A DNA stretch of 64,000 nt from Eledone cirrhosa (taxonomy: Eukaryota). Position 1 is the stretch's first letter. Every line of letters starts with the position of its first letter. The notes beneath the pieces were generated by a model that was not told the DNA's origin, ran no database searches, and saw nothing but the letters and a program-made list of their open reading frames with translations. Positions 1 through 12,066 of this stretch are shown piece by piece. The position numbers and the translations under genes are program-made. The stretch is from assembly GCA_964016885.1 (NCBI GenBank), contig OZ024746.1, forward strand, positions 75,764,001 through 75,828,000, in the 5' to 3' direction.

Positions 1-958
1 TCAAAATGAATAAATCATCATCCACTAAAGTTTTGCTTGTGGTTAATTCTCTTGTGTGTCAGATATCATATATTTTATATCGGAGTGCACCTACTTATGT
101 TTAATGGCTTTCTTGGGCAATCTTGTTAGTGGGTCAATCGGTGGTGTGTGTGTTCCTAAAATGTTTTTTTCTTTGCATAGTTTAAAGAGTCAGTTTGTGA
201 TTAGATATGGTGTTCGATACTTATCTGTCCGGATATTTTATGTGGTGGCTTCAAGTAGTATTGAGAAGAAAAGAAGGTGGAGGAGGAAATTTTGCAGTGT
301 TTTCATTGGCTTTAGTTCCTGATAACTTTTTTAATAATGCATATTTTTAAATGAAATTTTACAGAAACATTTTCGAAGGTGTGTTTAATTTTAATTATTA
401 CATTTAAAAAATACTTTCATTATTTTACATTTGTAAGTAGGCTAAACATAAACTCGAAAATTTGTTTATCATGCCTTATAATTTCATATTATAGATCTTC
501 TATAAGAACGCAATATCATTTCTACAATAATGAATTCCAGAATATATATTGATGAATCATAATCTACACCTTCGGAAATGTATCTCTGCAAAAAATTCAT
601 GATAAAATATGCATTAAGTAACAAATATGGTGTGAGAGGCACTAGACAAGTAAAGCCGCAAAAGTTACCTAGCACCAGGTACGCACATGATATAACTATC
701 CTTCATGACAACCAATAATTTCCGCCGTTCTTGCAAAACTTATATTGTGGACATGCATTATAGGATAAACATATACATAGCTAAGTTCAAGCAGGAAAAG
801 TCAATATCTCAGTGATGTAAACATGTGCGAACGAAGATACATGCAAAGTTGAGACAGGAACCCACTGTCTAATTCTTCATTTATACAAGGTATTTGTATA
901 TATTTTAAGTTGCTTAAATAGTGAGCAAAATATATTGAAGTGTAAAATCAATCGATAC

Positions 959-1003
<45 letters not shown>

Positions 1004-1583
1004 ATAACAAGTAGGGACAAGGTGTCAAATTATCATTAAGTTCATTCAGGTGTGACACACGTTTCGCGATTGATCAGATCAAGATTCGAACTCTATTGAT
1101 CGGGCTCGATTCTGTAATCAAAAACTCATCTGACTTCTGTTTGCTTACATATGTATGTGTGCTCTTGTAACATTAGTACACGAGTAAGCATTCGCGAATC
1201 TTATAGTTGCAGTTAATTAGTTACATGTAAGTGCTCTTCCTGTAGCAACAGAAAAAATCTAGGGTCTTGAAGGCAGGCCAAAAGAGCGTACATATACTAT
1301 TATGGTTAACCAACAATACCTAAGAATGTATGTATACTAACCCCTGCAAACATTCTTAGGTTATTAAATATCAATACATACTTAAGCCCATACCACTGAT
1401 ACGTCTCAGCTCATCTACGATGAGGAACTTTGCATATATAAACAGCAGTTAACTATTAACATCAATATACATATATCATCATATATATGTGTGTGTGTGT
1501 GTGATTGCCTCAAACAACTCGATTAGTACTTGCTATATGGAGGCTACAACTTCAATTCATACCCAATATTATATACATATATA

Positions 1584-2794
1584 CAGGGTGCGAACGGTAT
1601 TTGAGGACAGATTTATGGTTTTAAAAAAATGCTTATATAATAACAGAAAAAAAAAGTGTAGTCTTATAAAAATAACATAAACATAAAGCTAAATTATCAA
1701 TTTAATAATTTCATTCAATAAAACCACCATAAGCATCAATAACTGCTTCTACACGGGGTCGAAATCGTTTGCAAAGTCGGATTAAGTTCATATCGGACAT
1801 GACTCAAATTATGGCGGCTTTCAAAGAATCTTAGGTGCTATGGGGGTGTTCATTGACATTTTTCTCAACGATGCTCCATACATAGTCCAGTGCATTGAGA
1901 TCTGGAGAATTAGGAGTCCAAATGTTGGGGGGTGATGTGATCATGCAAATTGTCAGCCATCCATTCTTGTGTCATTTGAGCCTTGTGTGATGGTGCAGAA
2001 TTTTGTTGAAAGTCATAAGGCCTTCCATTTCATACACTGTTGATCTAAGGCGTAACAACTTTATCCAAAACCTCAATATATGCAGCAGCATTCACCCTTA
2101 AGGCCTTGTGGAAAAAAGTGAGAAGGCATCACATGTCCTTCATTACTAACAACACCCAAAACCATGACACTTGCAGGAAATGTTGTGTGCATTACTCTTG
2201 GAACCTCAGAAGGGCCTGCACATAGCCATCTGTCATTTCTTCTGTTAGTTTTGTGGCCCTGGTCAAAATTTTTCTCATCTCAGAAAAACCAAATCATACC
2301 ATCTTCTGATGGATTTTTAAGTTTGTTTAAAAGTCTTTTGCATCTAATTAAACACTTTCTTTTCTTTTTTTCTGACATTCTTTTCATCACATAAGATTTG
2401 TATCTGATGTCTTTATGCACAACATTTCTGATTGTTTTTTCTGACACACCAACATTTTTTGCGATTGACCTCATTGATTTTCCTGGATTGTCATCAATGT
2501 TTTGCTTAACTTCCTGAATAAATTTAGGTGTCCTGATAGAATCAGAGCGTTTGGAATGTTTTTTACGTTTTGATACAGGTAATACGCTTCCATCTTCTTT
2601 CTCTAATTCACACCGAATTTTGTGGACAAAAGATCTTGCAACTTTCAGAAAACGACAAATTTCTAAATCACCATGCTTAGCCTTCAAAGCCACAAGCACA
2701 GCATGCCTTTTCATTTCATTAGTAAGCATAGTTATTTTCTGAAATGGAAGTTCAATAAAAATTACATGTGTCCTCAAATACCATCCGCACCTTA
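1584..2794 (-). mobile_element. Tc1/mariner DNA transposon (probably maT/DD37D-like), full length but decayed
   Basis: 26-bp TIRs (CAGGGTGCGAACGGTATTTGAGGACA at 1584-1609; 22/26 match at 2769-2794) flanked by TA. ORF 2280-2777 encodes the HTH half (KSMRSIAKNVGVSEKTIRNVVH). The catalytic region continues with stops/frameshifts: QQNSAP, then WTPNSPDLNALDY at ~1880-1920. Confidence 0.88.
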
Positions 2795-3181
2795 TATATA
2801 TATATATATATATATATTTGTTTGGCTTTTATAACTTATGTTTATTACTCTGGTCTTTCTTTGGTCCATGGAGCGCTTGCCGGCATAACTCGGATATTGC
2901 GTTTCGCTGTTTTCGACCACAGCTGAAATCCGATCTCGCTGAAACTATATTTGTGTATATATATATATATTGATGTGAATATATTAGATATATACACAAC
3001 AGAGTACGTCAAATAAATGTACAAACACTTCCGGAAAAGAAAAACTAGTATAAATACCCCCCTCTCTTTCTCTCTCTCTCTATATATACACACACATACA
3101 CACATACAAAAGATCAATTCCCTTGTTGAGATATATCTAATTGAATATGTATATCTTTTCCTGAAGTGTGAATATTATTTA

Positions 3182-3312
3182 GGCCCTTTATGATCTGAGT
3201 TCAAATCTCGCCGAGGTTACCTTTGCCTTTCATCCTCATGGGGTCGATAAAATAAAGTACCAGTAATGTAGTTTTTGCTGGACTTGTGCCAAAAGTAGAA
3301 ACATTATTTATT
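3182..3312 (+). mobile_element. 5'-truncated SINE with Nin/Deu-like domain (family also at 6925-7055, 50020-50135, 58765-58920)
   Basis: B-box-like GAGTTCAAATC, then GCCTTTCATCCT..GGGGTCGATAAAATAAAGTACCAG and an (ATT)n tail; four copies in the window. Domain name is from recalled similarity. Confidence 0.65.
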
Positions 3313-5029
3313 AGCGGACTCACTCTTTCTCTGTCAATAAAGATTGTTACACATTACTAATTATCAACATTACTGTGTATAGATGCATATATAAACATCA
3401 CTCAATACAGTTTACTAACTTTCAATTTTAATATATACATGTATATATAAACAACAATCCATACTCACATTTTACTACGTACGACTTTTATAAAAATAAT
3501 ATCACAAAAGATAGAAAACATGGCGATATATGCATGAATTTGATTGGTCGTTCCAGATCACGTGGGCCTAAAAATGTTTTTAAATATAGTTTGTCAAAGA
3601 ATTCCACATCAAGGGAAATCACTCTCAATTTACATATTCCATCTTAGACTGTATGTGAGCAAAACTCAAAATTTCAAGTACATTATTAAAAGCATAATGC
3701 ACTACTGGGTAGCTATTCTTTTCTTAGGATCTTCGTTTAGTAGTTCACCATCCACTCTTGTACGTATATACACCCCACCTATGAGCTCGTTTGCTACGTT
3801 TTGAAGTACGGTATCTAGAAAATAATACAAAATCCATATTGGCTTTCAGGAAAAATTCGCTTGGATATTCTTTGCTGTGGCATGAGCAGTATTTTTGCTA
3901 AAAAAATTTCTACGATTTAGAAAAAGGAAATTATTACAGTTTTGTGTGTCATCCTTCTGTTTGGTATTTGGAGTATAACTTAACGGTTTTTACATAAAAT
4001 TATGATGGAGAGTTTTCGAATAAATATAAATACTTTTAGTAGGAGCAATTTGCTTTCAGAAGTGTTAAACAGGTGTCTTAATAACTGACTATTTAATAAT
4101 TCTATAAATAACATGAAATCAAAATATTCATAATAGTATAATCTCTCCATTGATTACTGCATGTCAAATAACAATTTACCATTTCAAATATTCACACAAA
4201 CGCGAGTTTTCTTTTACCTTTAATAACTAAGGATGTACTTAGAAGAGCCACAATCGCAACCTAATCCCAGTGTTTTAAAGCCATTCTCTCTTTTACAAAT
4301 CCATGATAGACTTTATCATACTCGTCATAGAGGGCTTTTTGACTCAAGGGTTTAGGGCCACTTTTCCTTTTCTTTTTTTCTGTTAAACCTTTTAGGTAAA
4401 CTCTTATGACACAACATAGTAGTCTAGTTTTTAAAAAAACACACGCAATACTTCGTGTGTTGAAAATAAATCATTAGTGAAAGAAACTGTTGGTAGACAT
4501 GACTAGCAAAAATACCAATCTGGCTGACATAGACCCGGAGAGAATGTTGGAGAGTCGTTATAACACAGTCATGTCATCGAAACGTTTTAGAACATTCTAA
4601 AATAATTAAGGGTTTGAATCTAAAGTGTGGGTATGGTGTGGCGTGCGGGGGGGGGGGGGGGGGGGCTCGACCGGAAGGGCCAGGAGAGGGCCTCTCTCTA
4701 GTGGTGACCAGCATACGGTGAGGACGCGTTTTGGGCAGCTCCCGGTTTTAAGCAGTCGGACGCACGTGGAAGAGGAGTACCTGCAGTGAATTTAGCGGCG
4801 CCTGTGAAAAGCGGTAAGTGAGATAGCTTTTTCTAACCACATAAAGTTTTCAGTAATTTGACAGATTAATGTATTCGAAGGTAAGGTGAGTCTATTCTAC
4901 AGATACATACAATCTTTTTATACAGAAAACATGATTGCATCACGGCTCACCTTAAATATTAACTTTGCGACTGCCCCAAATGATAGGCCTCTGGAGATCT
5001 CTCGTGGAGAACGTTCATCCTTAACATTG

Positions 5030-5430
5030 CTAAGACAGCATCTCAAAGACTGGCCTTTGAAAATACTTCAACAGCTATCCCTCTACAAATCTCAGGTGAA
5101 AATCACACTGGAATACTGCTATCACGTCTGGGATATCACTACTGCTACATACACCGACATCCTAGACTGTATTCAAAGAAAACTCAATCAATCGAATGAC
5201 AAAATGCCATTCACAGACACGCTCCAGCTTCTGACCAACAGACATGATATTTCCTTTCTCTCTCTTTTACTGCTACTTCAACGGCCTCTGCTGTTCATAA
5301 GCAGACTACTCTCCTACCGTTTCCGCTTAGCCACAATTAACTGTCCACTTTACTCATCTTGTGGCAAATACGCATTCTTCGATACTAGCTCTGGCCCAAG
5401 TCATTCCTCCTTGGAACGTTAGGCCTTGTA
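5030..5430 (+). mobile_element. Non-LTR retrotransposon (CR1/Jockey-group-like) RT C-terminal remnant
   Basis: LYKSQVKITLEYCYHVWD...LDCIQRK matches the LYK.(Q)IRP.LEYC..W...L..IQR motif. Confidence 0.6.
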
Positions 5431-5488
5431 TTCTTACTCCACAAAAGACATCAATTATACAATCTTATGAATTTCTTCCATAACTAAA

Positions 5489-5719
5489 GGGAGGTCACTC
5501 TTGATGCATATTATCCAAAAAATTGCCACTAGAGGCGCTACCACACAGTAGTTGTAAGTATTAGATAGGTCTTCAAGAAATTGCATTAAATATTTGAACT
5601 GTATAAATCTCACTTAATGAACATGTAGTAGTGATGTGTGTATGTTGTTCTGGTTGTTTCACTATGTACACTGTTGAACGAAGAGAGAGGAGATAAAGCG
5701 CTGCTCTGCTGAGGTAATT
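5489..5719 (+). promoter_or_regulatory. Conserved ZNF promoter and non-coding first exon for ZNF1 (donor AG|GTAATT at 5713/5714; intron to acceptor at 7112)
   Basis: GGAGGTCACTCTTGAT (5490-5505) and CCACTAGAGGCGC (5526-5538). Homologous modules at ~16607-16787, 17897-18115, 48556-48793 and 54790-54993. Confidence 0.65.
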
Positions 5720-6421
5720 CCTGTGTGATAATGTTAATGTAGACAGTTTTTGTTAGGTCACACACGTATTTAAATGTTAACTATATTTTGATGCTGTGTT
5801 GGTGTTAATCGTTATATACTTGTCAACGAAATGTCCAGATCTGAAATACATTTCAGCAGACTGAGGAAATATGGAGGTCGAGAATGCAATAATTTTTTTT
5901 TAAATGACGTAGTTACGAAGTTGTTTCCTTGATTCGTTTATAAAGTTAAGGAAATAGAATAAGTTTGATGGCTACACGTCATTTCATATGCTAGAAATAG
6001 TAGTCGGAGTCCCTCAAATCACACTATCGACTGAAGTAAGACCACATTATAGATTGCAGTCTTAGATATACAAGAAAAACGTGATGGCTATAGCTGGAAC
6101 GTCTTTGAATCATAGGTCTGTTCGATCGGGTCTACCAGGAGTTAACACGTAAAAAAAGGTTATATATTTCATTTAAGATAAAATCGAGTGTAAGTTACAA
6201 ATGAAGAAGGTCGAGGCATTTATTTTGTCCCTTAACACTTTCTAAAACATTTAGATCAGTGATCAAGACAGCGGCTTCGTCATAATCATTAACTCTTTTA
6301 CAGGTTTCAGTCATTGAAGGCGATCGTATATACCCCAATACTCATTTTTCAAATCCGATATTTATTTTACCGATCTCTATTTGTAGAACCACTAAACAGT
6401 AAATATAGACACGGGCACACA

Positions 6422-6680
6422 CACAAGCATAGTGTAGTGGTTAAAGTGCTGGACTCACGACCATATGGTCGTGAGTTCGACTCCTGGGCCGGGATGCGCG
6501 GGGTATCTTTGAGCAAGACACTTTCCTGTTAGTTAATTCCGCGCAGCTGAGAAAAATTAGTTGTACTTGTAATTCAAAGGGCCATCCTTGTCTCACATTA
6601 TATACACTAATTTCATGAGCAGGCAGTTCCGGTGATTTAACCAAACTGGAGTATTCTTTGGAAACAACGGAGGTCCAACA
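6422..6680 (+). mobile_element. tRNA-derived SINE (CORE-like central domain)
   Basis: A-box-like TAGTGTAGTGG, B-box GAGTTCGACTC, then TTGAGCAAGACACTT. Confidence 0.7.
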
Positions 6681-7538
6681 ACAATATCACACATATATGT
6701 GTATAATATATATATATATGTGTGTGTGCGTGTGTATGCACATACATATACGATGGATTTCAGTTTTCATCTAAATTTCAATCACAGTCCGAATTATAGC
6801 AGACGATTAAGGTATCAAGCAGTGGGACTAAACGAAATACCACATTGTTACGAACTCCCTAAACACACAGCCATGTCTGAGCCTGATATATAGGGTCGGA
6901 CGCAATGCTTTGTAGAAAAGAGTTACGGCCCTTTATGGTCTGAGTTCAAATCCCGCCGAGGTTAACCTTTCATCCTTACGGGGTCAATAAAATAAAGTAC
7001 CAGTAATGCACTGGGTAATTGCTGGTCTTGTGCCAAAAAGTAGAAACAATTATTAACTTATCTAGTTTTTTATTGTTGACGAGAAACTAATGTTTGTTTT
7101 CTTTCATTTCAGGTCATTCTTTTATGTTAAATTTTCTACCAGGAAACATTGTAATTCAACAGTGTTGACTGAAATAACCACAATGTGATATTTATTAGTG
7201 ATTTTTAATATAATATGATAAACATCCTTTGTAGACCGATAATATAAAGGTGACCACAATTACAATTTAAACTAATAAAGTATTATAAGTGAATTATCTA
7301 AATTAACAGCAAGAGATTCAATTGTTGAAAATATAGTTCAGTGTGGAATTTGTTGGAACAGTTCTGTTTGATAGAAATTTATTCATAGTTCAACAACAAG
7401 ATATTGTAAAATTTCACTATGAAAAGGTGTTACATTTAACAAAATGGATCACACATTACAGAAAAACTTTACCAATGTGAAATTTATGTGAAAATATATT
7501 CTCAAAATATTCTTTTCTCTGTACATAAATGTGTTAAG

Positions 7539-8726
7539 ATGGAAGAATATTATTACTGTGAATTTTGTAGGAAAGATTTTTCTACCAGTGAAGAATTAAA
7601 TGATCATAAACACATTCACTCAGGAGAAAGATCTTACCGATGTGAGGATTGTGGGAAATCATTTTGTCAGAGCAGTCAGTTATTATCTCATAAACGTGCT
7701 GTCTGTATAGGAGTTAAACATAGGCAGTGTGAAATTTGTGGGAAGTCATTTTCTAAGAGCTGTGATATTTCAACTCATGAAGATGAAAATTCATACCTTT
7801 GTAACATTTGTGGGAAATCATTTTCTAGTAACAAATTATTAAAATCTCATACATGTACTCATATAGGAAAGAGTACAAACAAAAGTGACATTTGTGGGAA
7901 AACATTTCTTAGAAAACAAGAATTCTCAGTTCACAAATGTTCTCATGCTGATAAAAAACAATATAAATGTAATATTTGTGGGAAAGTATTTTGTAGCAAT
8001 AACTCATTAAAACGTCATAAATACACTCATACAAGTGTAAAACTATACAAATGTGATATTTGTGAGAAATCATTTACTAGAAAACATGATCTTTCAGTTC
8101 ATAAATATACTCACACTGGTGGAAAAACATACAAATGTGATATTTGTGAAAAAACATTTTCTACAAATAGCTCATTAAAAGTTCATAAACATATTCATAC
8201 AGGTGAAAAACCATACAACTGTGATATTTGTGGGAAAGCATATCTTAGAAACAATGACCTTTCATTTCATAAATATATTCATACTGGTGAAAAACCATAC
8301 CATTGTAGTATTTGTGCGAAAACCTTTCTTCGAAAAGGTGAACTTTCAGTTCATAAATATACCCATACAGGTGAAAAACCATACCAATGTGACATTTGTG
8401 AAGACGAATTTACTTCTAATGGTTCATTAAAACGTCATAAATATATTCATACAGGTGAAAAGCCATACAAATGTGACATTTGTGAGAAAGCATTTACTAG
8501 AAAGCATGATGTTTTAATTCATAAATATATACACACTGGTGAAAAACCACATAAATGTGATATTTGTGAGAAATCATTTATTAGAAAATGTGACCTTTCA
8601 GCTCATTTATATTGTCATACGGAGGAAAAACCATACAAATGTGATACTTGTGGGAAAGAATTTTCTAGTAATATTTCATTAACAAGACACAAAAAGATTC
8701 ACATTGGGGAAACAACATCTGTGTGA
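7539..8726 (+). CDS. C2H2 zinc-finger protein ZNF1 (~14 fingers, 3 degenerate; no effector domain)
   Basis: Tandem CxxC..HxxxH with TGEKP linkers. First ATG (MEEYYYC) at 7539 is conserved across paralogues. Acceptor AACTAAT..TTTCAG|G at 7112. Confidence 0.9.
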   Translation: MEEYYYCEFCRKDFSTSEELNDHKHIHSGERSYRCEDCGKSFCQSSQLLSHKRAVCIGVKHRQCEICGKSFSKSCDISTHEDENSYLCNICGKSFSSNKLLKSHTCTHIGKSTNKSDICGKTFLRKQEFSVHKCSHADKKQYKCNICGKVFCSNNSLKRHKYTHTSVKLYKCDICEKSFTRKHDLSVHKYTHTGGKTYKCDICEKTFSTNSSLKVHKHIHTGEKPYNCDICGKAYLRNNDLSFHKYIHTGEKPYHCSICAKTFLRKGELSVHKYTHTGEKPYQCDICEDEFTSNGSLKRHKYIHTGEKPYKCDICEKAFTRKHDVLIHKYIHTGEKPHKCDICEKSFIRKCDLSAHLYCHTEEKPYKCDTCGKEFSSNISLTRHKKIHIGETTSV

Positions 8727-10195
8727 AAGTTTTGTGAGGAATGTTCTTCAAAATTTAAATTGACAGATGAAAACTTGTCCCGGTACAATTGAGAAGCATT
8801 ATCAATGACATATTTCAATTTCTTTCAATCATTGAAATAAATTTTCTTAAATATCAACCAATTAAATACAGGTTTTTCTGATTCTTTCATTGTCCTGTTT
8901 GTCTAATCTAGTAACTTTTCAAATTTCTTTCCTAGTAAAAAAACATGTTTTAACTTAAGGACAGCTGTGCATAGGTGAATATGTTACTCTTTTGACATGT
9001 GATCTCCCATCACTGTCAAGACCAGCTTTTGAAAGCGCAATATGATGACAGTAAAGGTGAGATTGTCTCTTGTCCCTTTACTCTATGAAACTTCAACAGT
9101 TTGCAGTTTTCAAGTGATATATTTCACTATTTGATGGACAAAACATTTTTTCTGAAATTGCATGTTGTTCTTCCTAGTTACTGACTTCCATTCATTTCTA
9201 TTCAGTGCAAGATGTTCCCAATATATTGGGCAAAGATTGAAGGGTAACTTTTGTGATAATGATATTTCATTTTAAGTTTGTGGTGGGGAGACTTACTGAG
9301 AATTATTCACCATAAAGTAATTGTTTTGAAAGCTTGAAATCAAGATGGATGACATGCCCACCCCATTACATATAACATTTGATAAGGAAACATTCAATAC
9401 TAAGGCATCCCACCCTTTCCAGCACTTCTGTATCAGGTGTAAAATATTTCCAACTGATGCTTAGTGTATGCATTAAAAGAAAAACACTCTGCTGAAGCCT
9501 TCCAAGGATTTGAACATGTCACTATTGTATCCATCTCTCTGATGATTATGGTAAGGATGTAATAATGCAGGCTATCATAGTTAGAAAGCTTTGTGGAAAG
9601 TTTCAAATCCGTTTAACTAGACTTGTTTTTCAAGTGCTCGCTCCAAATGCAATGAAAACCTTATCAACTCTTGAGTTGGTCTCAGAATTCAAGGATCTCT
9701 CCTTAGTGACAAAGCTACCAAAATACATAAAATAAACATCAAGTCTGGTTATCAGAACAAGTATATTTGGTTCCACATGGCTCACTTGGAGCAGATGTAA
9801 TCATCTCTTAAGTTTGGGCTTTTTTTCTTCTGCTATATTGCAAGTCTTAAAGCAGTACAGACACAGTAGAAGAGATTCATTACTTTCTGAGATATAATAG
9901 CCTTCAATTTAGCTTTGATAATTCTCACACAACTTACCTGTTGTGTGATAGTGGACAAAGTTAGCTAGTTCACAATCCTGAAATGTATGGATAATTATAG
10001 CTGCACAAATATATGTAGAATAAAGTGCAGGTATATTCCCCTGCTTGACACCTTTGTTCACAGTTTCAGTTCTAATAATGCAGTTGAATGAAATCAATGG
10101 CTCATGTATTGTAATATTGGAGGTGATGGGCTTTGGTAATATAGTGTCAATCACAATCAGTTTTTCTTGATTATGTCAGTGGAGCAGACATTTAA

Positions 10196-10378
10196 CCTTT
10201 TAGCATTTAAACTGACCATATCTGGCCAGAATTCCCACAACTCTTTCTGTTCAAACCGATGTTAAGGTATGACTCTAAAAGTAAATAATATTAAAATTTC
10301 AGATTCTATATTATGCGAGATAAAGTGTTTACTGTGAAAATACAATAGTACATATAGAGTAATGTAAATGCTAAAGGG
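10196..10378. mobile_element. TTAA-type (piggyBac-like) MITE
   Basis: TIR CC(C/T)TTTAGCATTTA at both ends, flanked by TTAA/TTAG. Absent from the paralogous flank at ~41715. Confidence 0.65.
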
Positions 10379-10917
10379 TTAGATCACTGAGTGAGAGTGG
10401 TGGAAAAGGTTGATGTGGATCATGAATGGGGGTACAATGAAGTTTTTGTTCATGGACCACCTTGCACTTCACATGATGGAAAGGTAGGAGTCTTTCTATT
10501 GAACTTTACTCAGTCAGTTGGTGACAATTTTAAGCATAATTTTATTTTCTGTTATTAAATGCCCAGCTGCCTCTAATTTAACTTCTGTTATTTTAAAAGA
10601 AATTGCTATTTAAGCTCATTAATCCAGAAAATATCAAGGATACCAGTTCAGACAAAAATATTTATCAAGCATGTGGTTGATATTTAAATAATTGAACAGA
10701 ATATTAGGTGTGTTTTTATTAAGAAAGAAATCAGAAAAATTACTGAATTAAAACAGGACAATAAAAGGATCAGAGAAAAACTCTATTTAATCGGTTGGTT
10801 TCTAAGAATACTTATTTCAGTAAAAATGTCAATATTGCTTTTCAATTGTACCAGAACACATTTTCATCTGTCAACTTACATTTTGTAAAGAATTCTTCTA
10901 CAAAACTTTCAGACAGC

Positions 10918-12066
10918 TTAGATTGATTCCTCAATGTGAACCTTCTCGTGTTTTGTTAATGAATAATTTCTAGAAAATTCTTTCCCACAAATATCACATT
11001 TGTATGGTTTTTCTTCAGTATGACTATATAAATGAATTGAAAGCTGCTGAGGTCTAACAAAGGATTTCAGACAAATATCACATTTGTAAGGTTTGCCACC
11101 AGTATGTGTATATGTGTGAGATTTTAATATACTATTTGTATCATATGTTTTTCCACAAATTTTACAGTGGTATCGTTTTTCACCAGTATGGATACGTTTG
11201 TGTGCTGCTAAGTTACTGTAATCTGAAAATGCTTTCCCACAAATTTCACAGGAATAAGGTTTTTCTCCTGTATGGAGAATCTGATGTCTTTTTAAGCTAA
11301 ATGCTCTTGAAAATGCTTTCCCACAAATTTCGCAAGTGTATGGCATTTCTCCTGTGTGGAGCCACATATGTTCTTTTAAGCTGGTGACTCTTGCAGTTGA
11401 TTTCCCACAAATTCCACAGTTGTAGAGCATTTCTCTTGTGTGAATCTGTTTGTGATAATCCAATGATTTTTGTGAAGAAAAGGTTTTATCACAAACATTG
11501 CACAAGTAAGACATTTCTTCAATATTATCACCACATTTGTGAGATAATAAATCACTATTCTGAGTAAATGCTTTTTCATCTGTTTGTGTTGGTTTTTCCT
11601 CTGTATGTATTGGTTTTTCATCTGTATGAGTTGGATTTTCATCTGTATGAGTTGGATTTTCATCTGTATGAGTTGGTTTTCCATCTGTATGAGTTGGTTT
11701 TCTATCTGTATGAGTTGGTTTTCTATCTGTATGAGTTGGTTTTCCATCTGTATGAGTTGGTTTTCCATCTGTATGAGTATGAGATTTTAATAATTTATTA
11801 CTGGAAAATGCTTTCCCACAAATATTACAAAGATATGGTTTTACATCCTCAAAAATACATTTATGAATTGAATGTTTATAGCTCTTAGAAAACGATTTCC
11901 CACAATCTCCACACTGGTAAAGTGTTTCTCCTGAGTGAATGAGTTGATGATCATTTAATTCTTCCCTCGTAGAAAAAATGTTCCAACAAAATTTACAGCA
12001 ATATTCTTCCTCCATCTTAACACATTTATGTACAGAGAAAAGAATCTTTTGAGAAAATATTTTCAT
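10918..12066 (-). CDS. C2H2 zinc-finger protein ZNF2 (~10 fingers plus THTDGKP heptad repeats)
   Basis: 382 aa ORF with ATG at 12066 and the conserved MEEE ATG at 12015. Acceptor at 12148; candidate donors at 16417 and 17903. Confidence 0.9.
   Translation of the reverse strand: MKIFSQKILFSVHKCVKMEEEYCCKFCWNIFSTREELNDHQLIHSGETLYQCGDCGKSFSKSYKHSIHKCIFEDVKPYLCNICGKAFSSNKLLKSHTHTDGKPTHTDGKPTHTDRKPTHTDRKPTHTDGKPTHTDENPTHTDENPTHTDEKPIHTEEKPTQTDEKAFTQNSDLLSHKCGDNIEEMSYLCNVCDKTFSSQKSLDYHKQIHTREMLYNCGICGKSTARVTSLKEHMWLHTGEMPYTCEICGKAFSRAFSLKRHQILHTGEKPYSCEICGKAFSDYSNLAAHKRIHTGEKRYHCKICGKTYDTNSILKSHTYTHTGGKPYKCDICLKSFVRPQQLSIHLYSHTEEKPYKCDICGKEFSRNYSLTKHEKVHIEESI
11572..11775 (-). repeat. In-frame 21-bp coding minisatellite (~9 units, THTD(G/R/E)(K/N)P)
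   Basis: Repeated CATCTGTATGAGTTGGTTTTC-type units on the + strand. Confidence 0.9.

Noticed and set aside
1-330. Minus-strand LVDDDLFIL resembling an RT motif
   Set aside because: Cut by the window edge, with stops upstream; too little evidence.
1045-1135. Minus-strand CAGATGAG...GAAACGTGTGTC
   Set aside because: Core mutated and stem I unpaired; possibly a PLE relic but not supportable.
6422-6495. tRNA-like sequence (also the heads at 20.7, 26.6, 29.3 and 39.0 kb)
   Set aside because: A/B boxes run straight into SINE bodies; no complete cloverleaf.
7488-7538. GTG/TTG starts given by the ORF track for ZNF1, 3, 4, 5 and 6
   Set aside because: Prokaryotic-style starts; the conserved downstream ATG was used instead.
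11572-11775. Regular short repeats as a possible CRISPR array
   Set aside because: No unique spacers; an in-frame coding minisatellite in eukaryotic DNA.
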